Positions 1-17,971 of a DNA stretch of 64,000 bases are shown here, piece after piece. The first letter of the stretch is position 1. Each line of letters starts with the position of its first letter. The notes beneath the pieces are model-generated. The model had not been told where the DNA came from. It was given only the letters and a program-made list of their open reading frames with translations, and made no database searches. Source of the DNA: the human T2T-CHM13v2.0 reference genome, Homo sapiens. The DNA lies in assembly GCF_009914755.1 (NCBI RefSeq), contig NC_060933.1, one strand, 5' to 3'. The translations under genes were made by a program, and so were the position numbers.

Positions 1-979
1 GGAATGGGAGAGCCATGCCTAGATCTTTGCTCTGAGATACAGTCGTAGTACCCAAAAAAGAAGTTCCGGTAGTGGGAAATGTAGATTTAGAGCTGGGCTG
101 TTTGACGGGAAGGCAGGGAATGGCTTATGCACCAGCAGAAAGCCAGTTTCCACCTTGCATATCCAGTGAGGTTGCCACAGGGCCATGACCTTCATTCCTG
201 GGGTGCCCTGCCCTCAGCTCATTGGGTGTCTGTGTGGCTAGAGTTTGGTTCTGTGTGAGGAGCAACTTGGAGGGGGGAATGGACTTTAGCTCAATTCAAC
301 CAACATGACTGTATATTCACTCGGCATCAGGTACTGGGATTTCAAAAAACTGGACATTGATGTAGCACACTGATAATGGAGCCAAAATCTAAACCACTCT
401 GGAAAATCCAGGGTGACCACTGTACTTAAGTGCCACAAATAGCTATTTTGCATAATCAAAGCTTTGGGCTTGAAGGCTTTGTTCATGCTTTTGCTGCTCA
501 CTCATGACCTTTCTCAGGAATTAGTGCTGCCATATGTTGGAGATTTACCTGTATTAGATTTTCACATGCATGAGACTCGATCCTTGGCTTCAACTCAGCA
601 AATGTCTATCTCTCTAGGGCTTCCTATCCAAATCTTTCCAGTCTTTCAAATGCCTGTCTGGGAGAAGAAGAATTTTGGACTTTCAAAACAAAAGCTAAGA
701 AAGGCCTAGTGAGCCCCAGTGGTATGAACCCATCCTGTGCTCATTCGCATTCTACTCAGACTTTCTGCCATAGCAATCTGTTTGTTGTAACCCAACCACA
801 CTTCTAGCAAAAGGTAACATTTGGGGACCCTGCTCTAACAAATTTAGAGTAACCCAATTCCATGTTTTCTGCACTGAGCAACATGTACAACTATCACCTT
901 GAAAATTATGCTGGATCTCAGTTACTGAGTCACATCTGTCCGAGATTAGTAGCCCCGAGGGCTGGGATGCTTAGTGCTA

Positions 980-1075
980 GTTTCATATTAGAATCATCTG
1001 AGAAGCTTGAAAAAGTGTTGGTACCTGGCACCCCACCACCAAAGATTCTAATTTAATTGTTCTTGGTTGGGACAA
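980..1075. mobile_element. MER5A-like hAT DNA transposon fragment
   Basis: attagaatcatctgagaagctt..agattctaatttaattg motifs typical of MER5A. Confidence 0.55.
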
Positions 1076-1712
1076 TGTTTTCTTTTAATCTTTGCTAGGC
1101 TTCATAATATTACTGCTAATCAGTTTTAGAGAGTGAGTGCTTATAACCAAACTCCCAGCCTGGTTTACTACAGCCCCTGTATTTCCTCCTTGATGCCATT
1201 TAGCAACGACCCATGGACTTTTGATGACTGGACATCTTTAGTTCTCTGGATGGAAATCTGAAGATGAAGGAGACCTTCTGTGCCAAATAGAAGCCTGAGA
1301 TTTTTAGTGAAACTAACATACGTCATCTGGTCTTCGTGAAACGATTCTGAGGTTTCTAAGAATTTCCCACAACACTGAAGATTGGTGGCTTAGAGTTTAT
1401 TGACCCCCAAAGAAAAGGGTATGTTTGACTGTGAGATACAGTTGTCCTTGCCATTTTCCAGATATTACCCACTGTCTTTGTATTGAATTACCTTAAAAGT
1501 ATTGACTCATAGAAGCAACCCACATGGTTAAACCCAACTTTAATCCAAAAGTCTTGGTCATCAACAAGGTTTTCTCCAACTATAGAAAAATGTGCTCCCC
1601 AAATTTGCCACATTCTCATTCTCTCCATCTAACAAAAAAGAAACAAACTCTTCATTGTCTGGCCCACTTGGATCTTTTTATCTCAAATAATTTTTTAAAA
1701 AATGCTTATGTT

Positions 1713-1995
1713 GGCTTGGCTTAGTGACTCATGCCTGTAATCCCAGCACTTTGGGAGCCCAAGGCAGGAGGATCATTTGAGTCCAGGAGTTTGAGACCAT
1801 CCCGGGGAACATGGCAAAACATTGTCTCTAAAAAAAAAAAAAAAAAAAGCCAGGAATGGTGATGCATAGCTACAGTATCACCTGAGCCTGGGAAGTTGAG
1901 GCTGCAGTGAGCCAAATCGCACCACTGTACTCTAGCCTGAGTGATAGAGTGAGACCATGTCTCAAAAAAACAAACACACAACAACAAAAAATCCA
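1713..1995 (+). mobile_element. AluJ-type SINE with a right-arm internal deletion
   Basis: tgtaatcccagcactttggga head, ggatcatttgagtccaggagttt and gaggctgcagtgagc (J-type), A/CA-rich tail. Confidence 0.9.
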
Positions 1996-4359
1996 AAAAC
2001 CAGCTTATTTTGAGGGTTGGGGGAAATAAATGACGAAGGCTAGATTCATTTTGGACTCAATTCTAGCTCCTCAGGGAACTTTGAAAGTATGCCATTCTTG
2101 ATATTTATATTTAATCCCGACTAGGAAAGAGGGAAGTCCAAGATTGCTGGATTTTTCTCTCTCCATGCCATTTAGGAATATCTCAAGACTCTTTCCACTG
2201 GAGTTGAAAAACACCAGGTCCTAGTTCTGAGTTACTTCTGATACTGAGGTGTTCCTCCTAGGTTTTCAGTACATTTTGTTTACATCTCTACGTGTTTCAT
2301 TGTCTTATTTTTGTTAGCTGGGTTTGTTTCCTGTCTGCCTCCCATGAGGTCCTTCAGGGCTGAGGCTGAATCTTTTCTCCTAAATGCATCCAATCTGAAC
2401 CCAAAGTCGGTACTCAAATGTGTGACAATAAATGAAGACACAAATGAATGATGTATCAACTCCCCCCAAAGCTAGCTGCAAGGAGCCTAGCTGTAGGACA
2501 AGAGGGAAAGGCCGTGGCCACAAGGGAGTAACCATGCGCGGAGCCTGGACTACAGAGATTTATTGCTAAGGCTCATGCTTTTGCCTCCATTTGCCCACTG
2601 TTGTTTTGTCAGTCAATGTCTGTAGTTGTTGAATGACATTCATTTATACATTATTTAGTAGGTGTAATCAAAGTCCCCATGATCACGGCCCTGCTTTTAA
2701 AACTTGCCTCTTATCTGTAAACACATTTCCTGAGCTGCTCTATCTTTTCATCTTGTCTAGGTGATCTATAGCAATATCCCAGAACCTGCCTATTTTCTTT
2801 TTAATTCCCTGATGGATTATAAATAGCCTCTTCTAAACCTCCCCAAAGCTTTGACGGCAAATTCCTGCTTTCTAAATTACTATCCACCTCTTGCTCCGCA
2901 CTCAGACCCCTTCAGGAGGCTGTCCTCCTTCCCCAGGGCAGACACAAAAGCCTTCTACACTTCCCTGGCGTCATGCTAAAGGAACACTATGGCAACGACC
3001 AATGTTTGGAACGATTGCAGCCGAACACACACATCGCTCACTGCTTCAAATGCTTAATAGCGGTGATTAAAGAAGAGAAATCTGGCATAAAAGAATGGCG
3101 GGAGAAGAAAGCAAATGAGAGAGAACAATGAGTGACAGGAGAAAAGGAAGGAGTGAGGAGAGACCTGAGGGAAACCTGGGAGAACAGAAATGAAGACAAG
3201 AAGGGAAAAGGGAACAATGGGGACCAGAGTGCACCCCGGCCTGCTTTCTTTGACCTTAGGCCCTGCACATTTGCTAAAACACCCAAGTCTGTCAAACCAC
3301 CACTGAAGCAAATGCTGTTAGAAGAGGCAACGTGGCTGGAAAGAACTCGGTGCTCTGTGATGCCCCATGGATCCTTTCTATTCTGCAGATAAGAGAGAGA
3401 AAAAGCCCCATTGCCTAACTTCCTGGATTGCAGAGAAACTGCTGGGCACATGGTGGATCCGGGGACCCACCGTTCTCAAGAACTTGCTGTAATGGGCACC
3501 TTGGATGTACACTTACGAAGGATTGTGTTTCCAAGACACTTCCTCCTCCACTCAAAATTTGCTCATACTTGCAAACAGGAATCATCTTCTACCCAAACCC
3601 CCATGACCATCTCTCAGGCCAGAGTTGAGCAGCCAGGTTGCCCTTCTCTGAGCTTGACTCTTTCTGTGTATTAATTTTCAATTTCAAGTCACAACGTAAT
3701 CCATTAAGAAGCACTTATTCTCAGCAAACCTCTTGAGCAGGCTCTCATTTGCTATTTCTCAGTATAAACTCATTCCTACCTTCCGGTTCAGTGTTGACAC
3801 TAAATTTGGCACAGTGGCTCAGCACCCACCTTCATCCCTGCATCAATCTCCAGTTGGTTTTCTCATGCCTCCACACCATCAAAATCAGCCTCGGCTTTTC
3901 TGAATCTCCATGGGGCTTAGCAGATGGGGTGGCACTTCATAAATCCAGTCTATGCAAAGCTGTTAGCAAAAATGCACAGAGGGCAGCCTCTCGGCCTTCT
4001 GTGGGTATGCTCTGAGCTGCTCCAAAGGTATCCTTAAACATGGTATCATTTTGAGCCTCTAAACTCTAAATAGCTAAGCCTTCTCTACAATTTATGCCCC
4101 TTGGCATCCCTGAAAGTGGGTAAACCGCACTGGTTTTGAGTGAACATCCTTTAAAAAAAACTCAATTTCTTAGGATCCAAGTCTATATGATTGAAGGACA
4201 CAGAAATGTACAAACGTGTTCCCAAAGGCTTGATGCTGTGTAATTGTAGGCCCCTCTTCCCTGGAGTTAATCTTTATTGTGAGTTTACCATGTTCCAGGC
4301 ATTGTGCTGATTTTCAGGCATTATCTCATTTGATCCACCCCCAAACTCCAGAATGATCT

Positions 4360-4830
4360 TTAAAACAGAAATCAGATGATGATGCTTCTCAGCACAGAAC
4401 TCTCCAGTGGCTGTCTCACTTGGAGGAAAAGTAAAGTCCTACTGTGGGCTGTCATGAGGCCCCTGTGAGCTCTCTGATGGTGTTTTCTAGAGAATCACCT
4501 TTCAGTTCTGCACTCTAGCTGGTCTTGCGGTTGCCCTCATTTGTCAACTAACTCCCCTCTCTCCCCTATGCTTGTCTTTTTTACTCTCAAATGTCATCTT
4601 CTCAGGGAGAAGATGGCTGCCCAGTGTACATTGTACCTCATCTCCTCCCCACATCCCATTCGTTGCTCACATTCTCTTCATTTCACCCCCACTGTCAACC
4701 TGCTACATATTTGTTTACTGTCTCCACCAACTAGAAAGTAGCTGGAGAAGGACAGGACTTCTGTTCACTTTGAATCCCCAGGACCTACAAGAATGGTGTT
4801 TTCAATAAAACATTTTTTAGTAAATAAATG
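4360..4830 (+). mobile_element. L2 LINE 3' fragment(s), flanked by MIR remnants
   Basis: ctcaaatgtcatcttctcagggaag and tgtctccaccaactagaaagtagct..aggacttctgtt..aataaa.. are L2 3'-end motifs; degenerate. Confidence 0.6.
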
Positions 4831-5794
4831 CATTAAAGTATTCTTCTTATCTCCATTTTACAGTTGAGAAACAGGTTTAGGGAGGTTAATTAACTAAGGT
4901 CTTAGAGCCAGTAAGTACAACTAGTACTATGGGCTCACCAACCGCTATTCCCAAGTTCAAAATGTCTTTTTTCGCAAGTTCAAAATGTCTTTTTGGGAAA
5001 TATTTTTGCCATGCTCATTCAATTGGGGGTGATTTGACCAAAGTGGGAAGCTGAGATGGAACAAGATGAACAAGAAATCACCGGGAGGCTGGGTCTGGAA
5101 TCTGCTATGCACACTCACACTCCTCCAGACTCACTTATCTTGTAGGGTCTCCTCACGTCACTCTTGACATCGACCAAATTCAATCCTTTATTAAATATAC
5201 ACCATAGCATTAAAGTGCAGGACAGATAAGATCATATAAATTTTTTGACATTTTGAGGAACAATGTGACACTGCTATTAATATTTGTAAGTATCTTGGAA
5301 CCATTTACTAGATGCAATGTTTGTGTGAGGGAAAAGATTATATAAAATGAGACACATCAACCTCAAATACACTAGTCTGTAAACTCCTAGAGGGTAGCTA
5401 CTGTGCTATATTCTCCCTGATTAGCACCAAGAATGATCTATTGTAGGCATTCGATAAATGTTATTGAATGGATAAATATCTTTGGAAATGAAATTTTAGT
5501 TTTGTCTGCAAGAGCAGATTTGGATAGTGGCATCTTTTCCAGGCCAGGCAATGACACACAGTTGTATGAAAACAATGCCAGGGCAGGGTCAGTTACATTT
5601 GAAAGAAAGTCATAATCCCAGTGGAAAGTTTTACAGATGAAATATATAGTTGCATGGAATATCCTGTTATAAGAGAGAAACCTGGACAGAATCTGCCACC
5701 TCAGTGCTGGGAGGGAATATATGTTGTTGAAATGTGGCCTCCAAACAGCCAGTCAGGAGGTGGGTTGCTCTCCAGCCATTAAAAACATCCCAGA

Positions 5795-6217
<423 letters not shown>

Positions 6218-6489
6218 CTAAAAAAATCCCAGCTGAGACTTTTTCTCTATATAATCTCTTCTTCCTGCCCCATCAGGCCTCAGAGCTCTGCCATATTTCC
6301 CTTCAGGGGAGGAGAAGGAAGCCCCACTGAGGAACAAAATTTCCACAAGTACCCCTGCTTCCTTGGGTTTGTCCAAGTGCCTGGGATATCAGGAAGTGCC
6401 TTCAGGTATCCAGCACTTTTGGTTCAAGAAACAATATAATTCCTTATCCAACCACCAAACTCCTAAAGGGAGGAAGGCCAGCCTTCAAA

Positions 6490-7314
<825 letters not shown>

Positions 7315-9216
7315 AATAAAAATGTAATGAAAACTCAGTGAGATACACATGCAAAGATTCTTGTTAAAAGTGTGAAGCTTGGGATCATAGGATACTTACA
7401 GTAGATACTCTCTGGAGGAGAAGTATGGGGTCCTACTTCACAATGCAAAGCTGTTCATGCTATTCCAACCTCCACCCCCACTATAGCTGCCCATTTATCC
7501 ACTAAATCAAGCACGAGTTCCTTAGTCTAGCAACAAGGTCTGACATCATGTGGTCTCTGCCTATTTCTCCAATTTTATCTCCTGCTTTCCTACCACTTGC
7601 ACTCCGCCTTTAAGTCATACCAAACTACATGTAGTTGCCCCAAATGCTGTATACTTTTCTCTTTTTCCCTACTGTTCCCTCTGCCTAGAATGCCTTCCTG
7701 TACAGGTTCAGTTACAAGCATCTTTGGTGCTCTGTAGAACTCCATTCAAATCCTTACACTGTCCTCTCAACTCTCTTATACCACATGTCCACCTGTCTTA
7801 TAACCTTTGGTTTCTTTGTCTAATACCTCTCTAGCTGTAAGCTCTGTATTGAGCCTCTTCTTCAACCTGGGATCCTCAGAGCTAGTTTGCAGTCTGGCAA
7901 ATCACTTCAGTCAACAACTAACGAAAGAATAACTGTGGGATGGACGTGCCAGAAGGAGAAACAATTATTTATTGGCTTAACTGTAATTTATACCATGCTA
8001 TTGAAATAATAGGCAGTGTAAAGGACCTACATTCAGGAAGGTTAGTAGCACACAAAATTAAAAGCCACATAGAAGGATGAAAAAGCAAATCTGCCAAACA
8101 GTAGGCATGTTTGTCACAATGAAGGATTACATTTCATCCTAAGTTTGCCATCAGACAAGCAAGAAAATTCCAAGGAATTATGAATTTGCCTACACCTTCC
8201 AATTGGGTTCATCCTCAAAATTCCTCCATTAAGACAAAAGAAAGGCTTCCACATGGTTTGTGAAAATTATTCAGGTTTCCATGCTATATATCAGTTCTAC
8301 TCACCTTCCTGGTGTACCAAATCAGTTCAAAGAGAAAGAGGAGGGGATTTTAAAATGAATATCTTATTTTTATGCCCTTCAGGAAATCTGCCTTCCTCCC
8401 CATTTGTTACCAACTAAAATTGACAAACTGACCCAGAGTTAAATCAACTTAGGGATCACTCAAGGAGTGAAACCAACCACCTTTTCATAAAGAAATGCTC
8501 AGAGAAGAAGGTAGCAATTACACTTTATCAGAGAAAATGTCTTTCTTACAAAGTATAGCCATCAAGTGGAGATGTTTGATGATCCTTTTAAAATATCTTT
8601 AAATCAGAAGTAACTTAGCATGGATGCCCTTCATTTTGAAGAAAGAGAAAATATTTGATGATTTGATGATTCATCAAAAATTTGTTTCTATGCAACAGGC
8701 TTATTGTTATGAGGGATTTCAATGCAAAATTAATAATCAGCCTTGGAAAAGAAATGCCTTGAATCCTATAAAACTGAGATGACTTAAAAAGTTCTATTCC
8801 TGCTCAGTCAACTTACTGAAAACCACCATCATCTTTGATCAACAGAAGGGAATATATCCAAAAGCTAAGCTAAAATCTCTCTTTCTTTAGGTCATAAATC
8901 AACTCTGCAATCAAGACTACGGAGAGTCCGTGCCACGCAGATGGCTTTGAGTTTTATAAATTGGTTAGGTGTGGGGACATGATCAATAGTTTGATGATTT
9001 GACTAAGTAAAATGTGCTGAAAAAAACCACCTGTAGGGAGGACTCAGATGACTCTGCACAAACATTCTTGAACTTGAAAATCCAAACTGTTAGTCATATT
9101 GAGACTAACAAAGTTAATATATGCCACCAAAGGAGAAGGCTATATCATCTCAGGGAAACAATTTTTGACTGTGCTTAGTATTTAGGAAATAATGCATTCA
9201 TTGAAAGGTAAAACTG

Positions 9217-11039
<1,823 letters not shown>

Positions 11040-11599
11040 AAAGGCAACACTGAAACAAGAATAAACAGTTTTCTTCTTACGCTAGAATTGCTACAAATTT
11101 GATTATGTAAAAGAAACTTTAAAAAGTTATACTTGGTGTGGGTTTGCTGAATCAGGACAGACCAAAGCTTTCAGTGCCAATAGTTGTCTCCCTCAGAGAA
11201 AATTCGATTGGTGCATTCTTCTGGTTTACTGTTGTCCAGATTGAGTTTTATTTGATTTGACTTTTTCTTATCTACAGTGCTTTAGAGGACTTCTTCATCT
11301 TTTTTTATTGATAACTTACCAGACAACCTAACAGGCAACTATATCTACTATCCAGGCAGCCATCAACACACAGAAAGGCTGAGGAGAATCAATCAGGGAC
11401 CAAAACATTCCATGCCACCAGCATATAACCTTGCCCTTCATACACTCCCAACCCAGCCTCAGGAATACTGGCCACAAGGGAAAATCAGCCAAATGCTGGA
11501 GCTGAGAATGCGGGTTAGTTTGCTCTAAGTAAGTAAAGGCACAGCTTTAAGTTCTTTGTAGCACTCCACTACACAATGTTTCCTACAACTCTCTGATAA

Positions 11600-12040
11600 G
11601 AATTACCTGAAGCATGTGTGTTAAGCCTGCAGCTTTCTAGGGACAGCCCCCAGAGTCTGGGTCAGAAAGCCTGGAATGGAGACAGCCCTCAGAAATCTAC
11701 ATTTGTGACAAGGAAAACAGAATCCTGATAGCTAAAAGTGCCAAAAGATTGTTGCTAGGATGGCAGCCCCCAAACATAGCTGCACGCTAGAATCACCAAA
11801 GGAACGTTCACAATTCAGTAGGACTTACTGAATAAGGATCCCTGGCAGTGGGAACCAGGACTTTATTTTTTACACTCCCACCTTGACTGCATATTAGAAT
11901 AATCTGGGGAGCATTTGAAGATGCCAGTATCCAAGGCCTCATGCAAAACGACTGACTCAGAACCTCTCAAAGAGGAGTAGTTTGTAAAAGCTCCTTAGGT
12001 GATGAAACCAGACCACAGCTCAGCATATGGAAAACACTGA
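11600..12040. mobile_element. Cluster of MER5A/MER5B-like hAT fragments
   Basis: Repeated tagaatcacc / attagaataatctggggagcattt / actcagaacctct / aaaagctccttaggtgat motifs. Confidence 0.5.
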
Positions 12041-12735
12041 ATTGAGTGCTTTAAGATGAAGCTGGGATTATCAGCTTTTAATCTTTATTCTCCAAGCCAG
12101 AGCAGCAAAAAGGAACTATACATCGACTTTGGGACCCACTTAGCTGGGCTGGTGCTCCAGGCTGCTCGCTGTGCATAGCTTTAAGTTGAACCATTGATTC
12201 AGGTCTCTCTAAAAAGCCTATGAAATTCAGATCAAATTAAAAAGTGTCCCATCTGTAATGGGAATAAGGAGGCTGGGAGCCCAGAAATGGTGTTCAGTCT
12301 GTCTGCCAGTTAAGGATTTCCATATAGCTTCAAAGAAGTTCTAACCACATGATGACATTGTTGCTCAGGAGTGAAGAGATTCTACTACCAGCAAAATGGA
12401 AAGGAAATACTCTGGACACAGCAGCTATATTTTCACAGGGTCCTCAGGATAGTGGTCGGCACATGGTAGGCACTCAGTAAATATCTCACGAATGATTCCC
12501 ATTACCATGGCTAAAACATGAGTCTTTTAAGATGTCTTACTGTGGATCTGTCTCCAACTTCGGAAGAAATTGCCACCACAGTCATCATCATGAATTATGT
12601 TACTATGAATAACTGGAACTAGCAGCAAATTGCTTTAATTTTAATGTGGGCCAAATAAGTTCTGCTTAGATATTTAAATAGACTTTACTTAAACATTCTG
12701 AAGGATGGAGATTTCAAAGCTGGCACCTCCCTACC

Positions 12736-13502
<767 letters not shown>

Positions 13503-14099
13503 TCACACAATATTTAAGAGAAAAAAATAATTTGGAGAATAATAGTGACTACATTAGCATTTCTTTGCATTTCAACATAGCAAAGGGCTACATTTGTATC
13601 CTCTATAAGATGATGTGGCTAGCCACATCCCTTTCAAAACTGTGATATGGCTTTTAAGAGTATAATGGTGAAATAAAGGTTACTGAGATGCTTGCTATAA
13701 ATAAAATCACAGACTATACAATAAAATGACCATTTCTATGTGGTATATGTGCCTTAAGAAAAAGTGACATCATTCTAAGGTCTTGTACATGGTAAATAAA
13801 TGAGTAGAACGTCTGGCTAACCAAGATCACAACTTGGGCTTACTCCGGTGAATGCCCAACACTCTCTAGAGAATGGCTTCCCACGCAAATACCACTCACC
13901 AAAGGTGTAAGGCACTGCTGCATAAAGATGACAGTGATGCTCATACTGCATACCCACCCTTCTCCAGAAGGCACTATACAACCATGTTTGAAAGGGCGTG
14001 CTCTCACACTGTCCTTCCTATGATCCAGGGCACTATTCATGACATGTTTGTGTAGGCTCAGGAAGTGTGTAGTCATGCAAGGGGGCAAACCAGTGGGTT

Positions 14100-14160
14100 G
14101 AAAAGGGGCTTGAACCTATGACCTCAGCTTCACCAGTGTTACCTCTAGCAATTGAGCTCA
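14100..14160 (-). mobile_element. Degenerate tRNA-derived SINE head (MamSINE1-like)
   Basis: Minus strand TGAGCTCAATTGCTAGAG..GAGGTCATAGGTTCAAGCCCC has A-box and B-box like elements at tRNA spacing. Confidence 0.45.
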
Positions 14161-14454
14161 TCAGGTGGAAATGGGTTCAACTCTATCAGTCCTATGTGGC
14201 CCAGCTCTGAGGCAAGAGACCTGGCTCCCTTTCATTCCAATGGGCTGAAAACAGCTTTGAAGGAGCAGCAGTCAGTTACATAGCTGATGACTGCCCTGCA
14301 AGAATGTGCACCTGAGGAAGGGCAATGATCACAATAGGCTGAAGACACTCGGGGCTGAATGGCAAACAGCACCAGTGTAATCCTACATATTGGCAAAATT
14401 CTCCACCAACTAGAGAATAGAGAATTGTTTCATCAGACTCCAACAGCATCATGA

Positions 14455-14670
14455 CTACCATTTATTAAGCACTTTACTGTGGACCAGGCACAGTGTGCTA
14501 AGTGTGCTACAAACATCTAATTTTAACAATCACCTTAAACAGAGGTCCATTGTTCATCTCATCTCACAAATGAGAAAACCAAAGTGTGGGAAAGTATGTT
14601 GTTTTAAGGTTATATGGCTAGGAGTGACAGACCTGGCATTCAAAACCAAATCTTTCTGCCTCTAATGTTA
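14455..14670 (-). mobile_element. MIR SINE
   Basis: catttattaagcactttactgtggaccaggcac..catctcacaaatgagaaaacc..ggcattcaaaacc. Confidence 0.7.
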
Positions 14671-15341
14671 TACTACCTTTAATACAGTAGCAGAATAAGA
14701 CACACTTTTAAGGAAAGAGGCAGCAGAGAATTGGCATCAAGGTAGCAACTTACTTGCAAGCCAAGGAAGATATTTATTTACGGCCATTTATTTAATCGGT
14801 TCATCATTTTTTGAGCATTTGGTCTACGCTAGGAATTGTGCCCATACGACTTGGAATCACCAAAATATCAAAGGGTATCAGGTAGTAGGACTTGGAGACA
14901 CAGTGAAAACCTACAAAGTTCCAGAACATGCTCTAACAGGGAGAGGACCTGCCAGCTGAGCAATTCCACCCTGGACATGGCAGCGGCAGCCAGAATGACT
15001 TGGCAGGTGACAATGAAGAGGTAGCATCTCAAACAAAGGTGTCAAGTTTGAGGAAAACAAACACAACCTCAACATGCAACAGGCTCAGGAAATGGGGCCA
15101 GAGACCCCAAATATGGAATGCGCCCTTCTTCCTTGCAGGACTGATGTTCAATACCGGCCTATTCACCTGTTCAACTGATAGGCTAACACAAGGGCGGGGG
15201 TGAGGAAGGAAGGGCTGGCTTGGAGACCACATCACCTGCAAAGCCTCTTCAGCAACACTGACAACGCCCTTTAAACCCTGGATCCTGTGGGCCTACCCTT
15301 AATATGAGGGAGATGCTCAATTGTTACCACAAAGCAGCAGC

Positions 15342-16141
<800 letters not shown>

Positions 16142-16251
16142 CAGCCCAACCAAACCATATGCATCATAAGTGCATATGATAAAAGTGATGGAAAGAGAAA
16201 TCTGAAGGTATACTTTCAGTTCCACATGTCCCAAAGTGTTTTCCTCGAAAC

Positions 16252-16513
16252 TACAGTGACCACATGCCCTGATTTGCCAAAGACAGCTTTGATTTATTCA
16301 TGTTGTCCTGGGATGATTATTAATAGTGTCCCATTTCCTTCTCAAAAATGTTCCAGTTTGCCAGATCTAGTGGTATGGACCTGTAGTCCCAACTACTTCT
16401 GAGACCAAAGCGGGAGGTTCACTTAAGCCTAGGAGTTCAAGACCATAGCATGTTATTATGTGCCTGTGAATAGCTACTGCACTACAGCCCTGGCAACGTA
16501 GAGAAATCCTGTA

Positions 16514-16546
<33 letters not shown>

Positions 16547-16578
16547 CCAGTTTGGCCAAAAAGTTACATGGTTAGCTA
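16252..16578. mobile_element. MER94-like hAT-Blackjack MITE split by a FAM insertion
   Basis: gtgaccacatgccctgatttgcc..attattaatagtgtcccatttccttctcaaaaatgttccagtttg...tacatggttagcta. Confidence 0.6.
16360..16544 (+). mobile_element. FAM (fossil Alu monomer, 7SL-derived)
   Basis: Monomer containing tgcctgtgaatagctactgcact (7SL/FAM-specific), A28 tail, TSD-like TTCCAGTTT on both sides. Confidence 0.75.
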
Positions 16579-16694
16579 ATCCAGAAAACCACTTCTAGAG
16601 ATAGTAATAGCCGTGTTGTCCTTCTCTGAAACTGTGCTACCCAAACTATGTTATAAACCTTGAAGAATGAAATACAGTTTAAAAACGATTTTGA

Positions 16695-17101
<407 letters not shown>

Positions 17102-17280
17102 TTAAATAAAGTTAAACAAGTTTGACTATTGGTGGAACATGTGGCTTTCCAAGATTTAATATTTTAGTACGTCATGAATTGCCAAGAGGGTCATATACTG
17201 GGCAATTTTTCCAAACTTAAACGCAAAACCATTTCTCATGAAATGTCAAAAGAGGTTCATGTTCCACAAAATGCTCCCAC

Positions 17281-17425
17281 ATTTTCATTTGATAAATAGA
17301 GGTGTCTCGTATGTCTTGGACTTGTTCTAGGTCCTGGAATCAGCAGTGAACAAACCAAACTTCTTGCCCTCAGGTGCTTCTGTTCTAGTGGGGGAGACAG
17401 ATAATAAACATGGAAACAAATAAGT
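17281..17425 (-). mobile_element. L2 3'-end fragment
   Basis: gttctaggtcctggaatcagcagtgaacaaac..ttgccctcagg..ttctagtgggggagacagataataaaca. Confidence 0.65.
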
Positions 17426-17906
17426 ATTGTAATTTGGAAAACAATGATTTATCCCCCAACTGATTCAAAGTCAAAACTCCCGACATCTAACAATTCTGAG
17501 GGATATTCATGAAGCAGCCTGTCTTCAGATGTGAGTTGGCAATGATTTGTGTCTCTCAAAAGCCATCGTCGGGCATCGTGTTTCCTGAATAAAAGAAGCT
17601 TCCCTTAAGAAGTCTCCGCCTTTGAACTAAGCGCGCTTCATTTGGCATTCTCATTAGTATAGATGTGCTTTTGGGGGAGTCCACCTTTATTTAGATTGCT
17701 TGTGGACCGTATTCGTGTGTACCTTTAATTTAATGCTATTTCCTGTCCTAGCTAGACCGAGGTGTTATTTAAAACAGCGTCCCTTTCAAAAGAGATGTTA
17801 ATAGGTGCTTAGCACCCAGGGAATACATTCCAACAAATGAAGAGTTATACATTCTATGCCACACATCCCATCCCCTAGGGCTGGGGTGGCGAGAGACAAG
17901 AAGGTT

Positions 17907-17920
17907 CATACACACACACA

Positions 17921-17969
<49 letters not shown>
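17907..17969. repeat. (CA)n microsatellite, ~31 units with two interruptions
   Basis: Directly visible. Confidence 0.98.

Positions 17970-17971
<2 letters not shown>

Noticed and set aside
3038-3674. Cluster of overlapping 66-137 aa ORFs
   Set aside because: They arise from purine/pyrimidine skew; no recognisable homology or splice structure.
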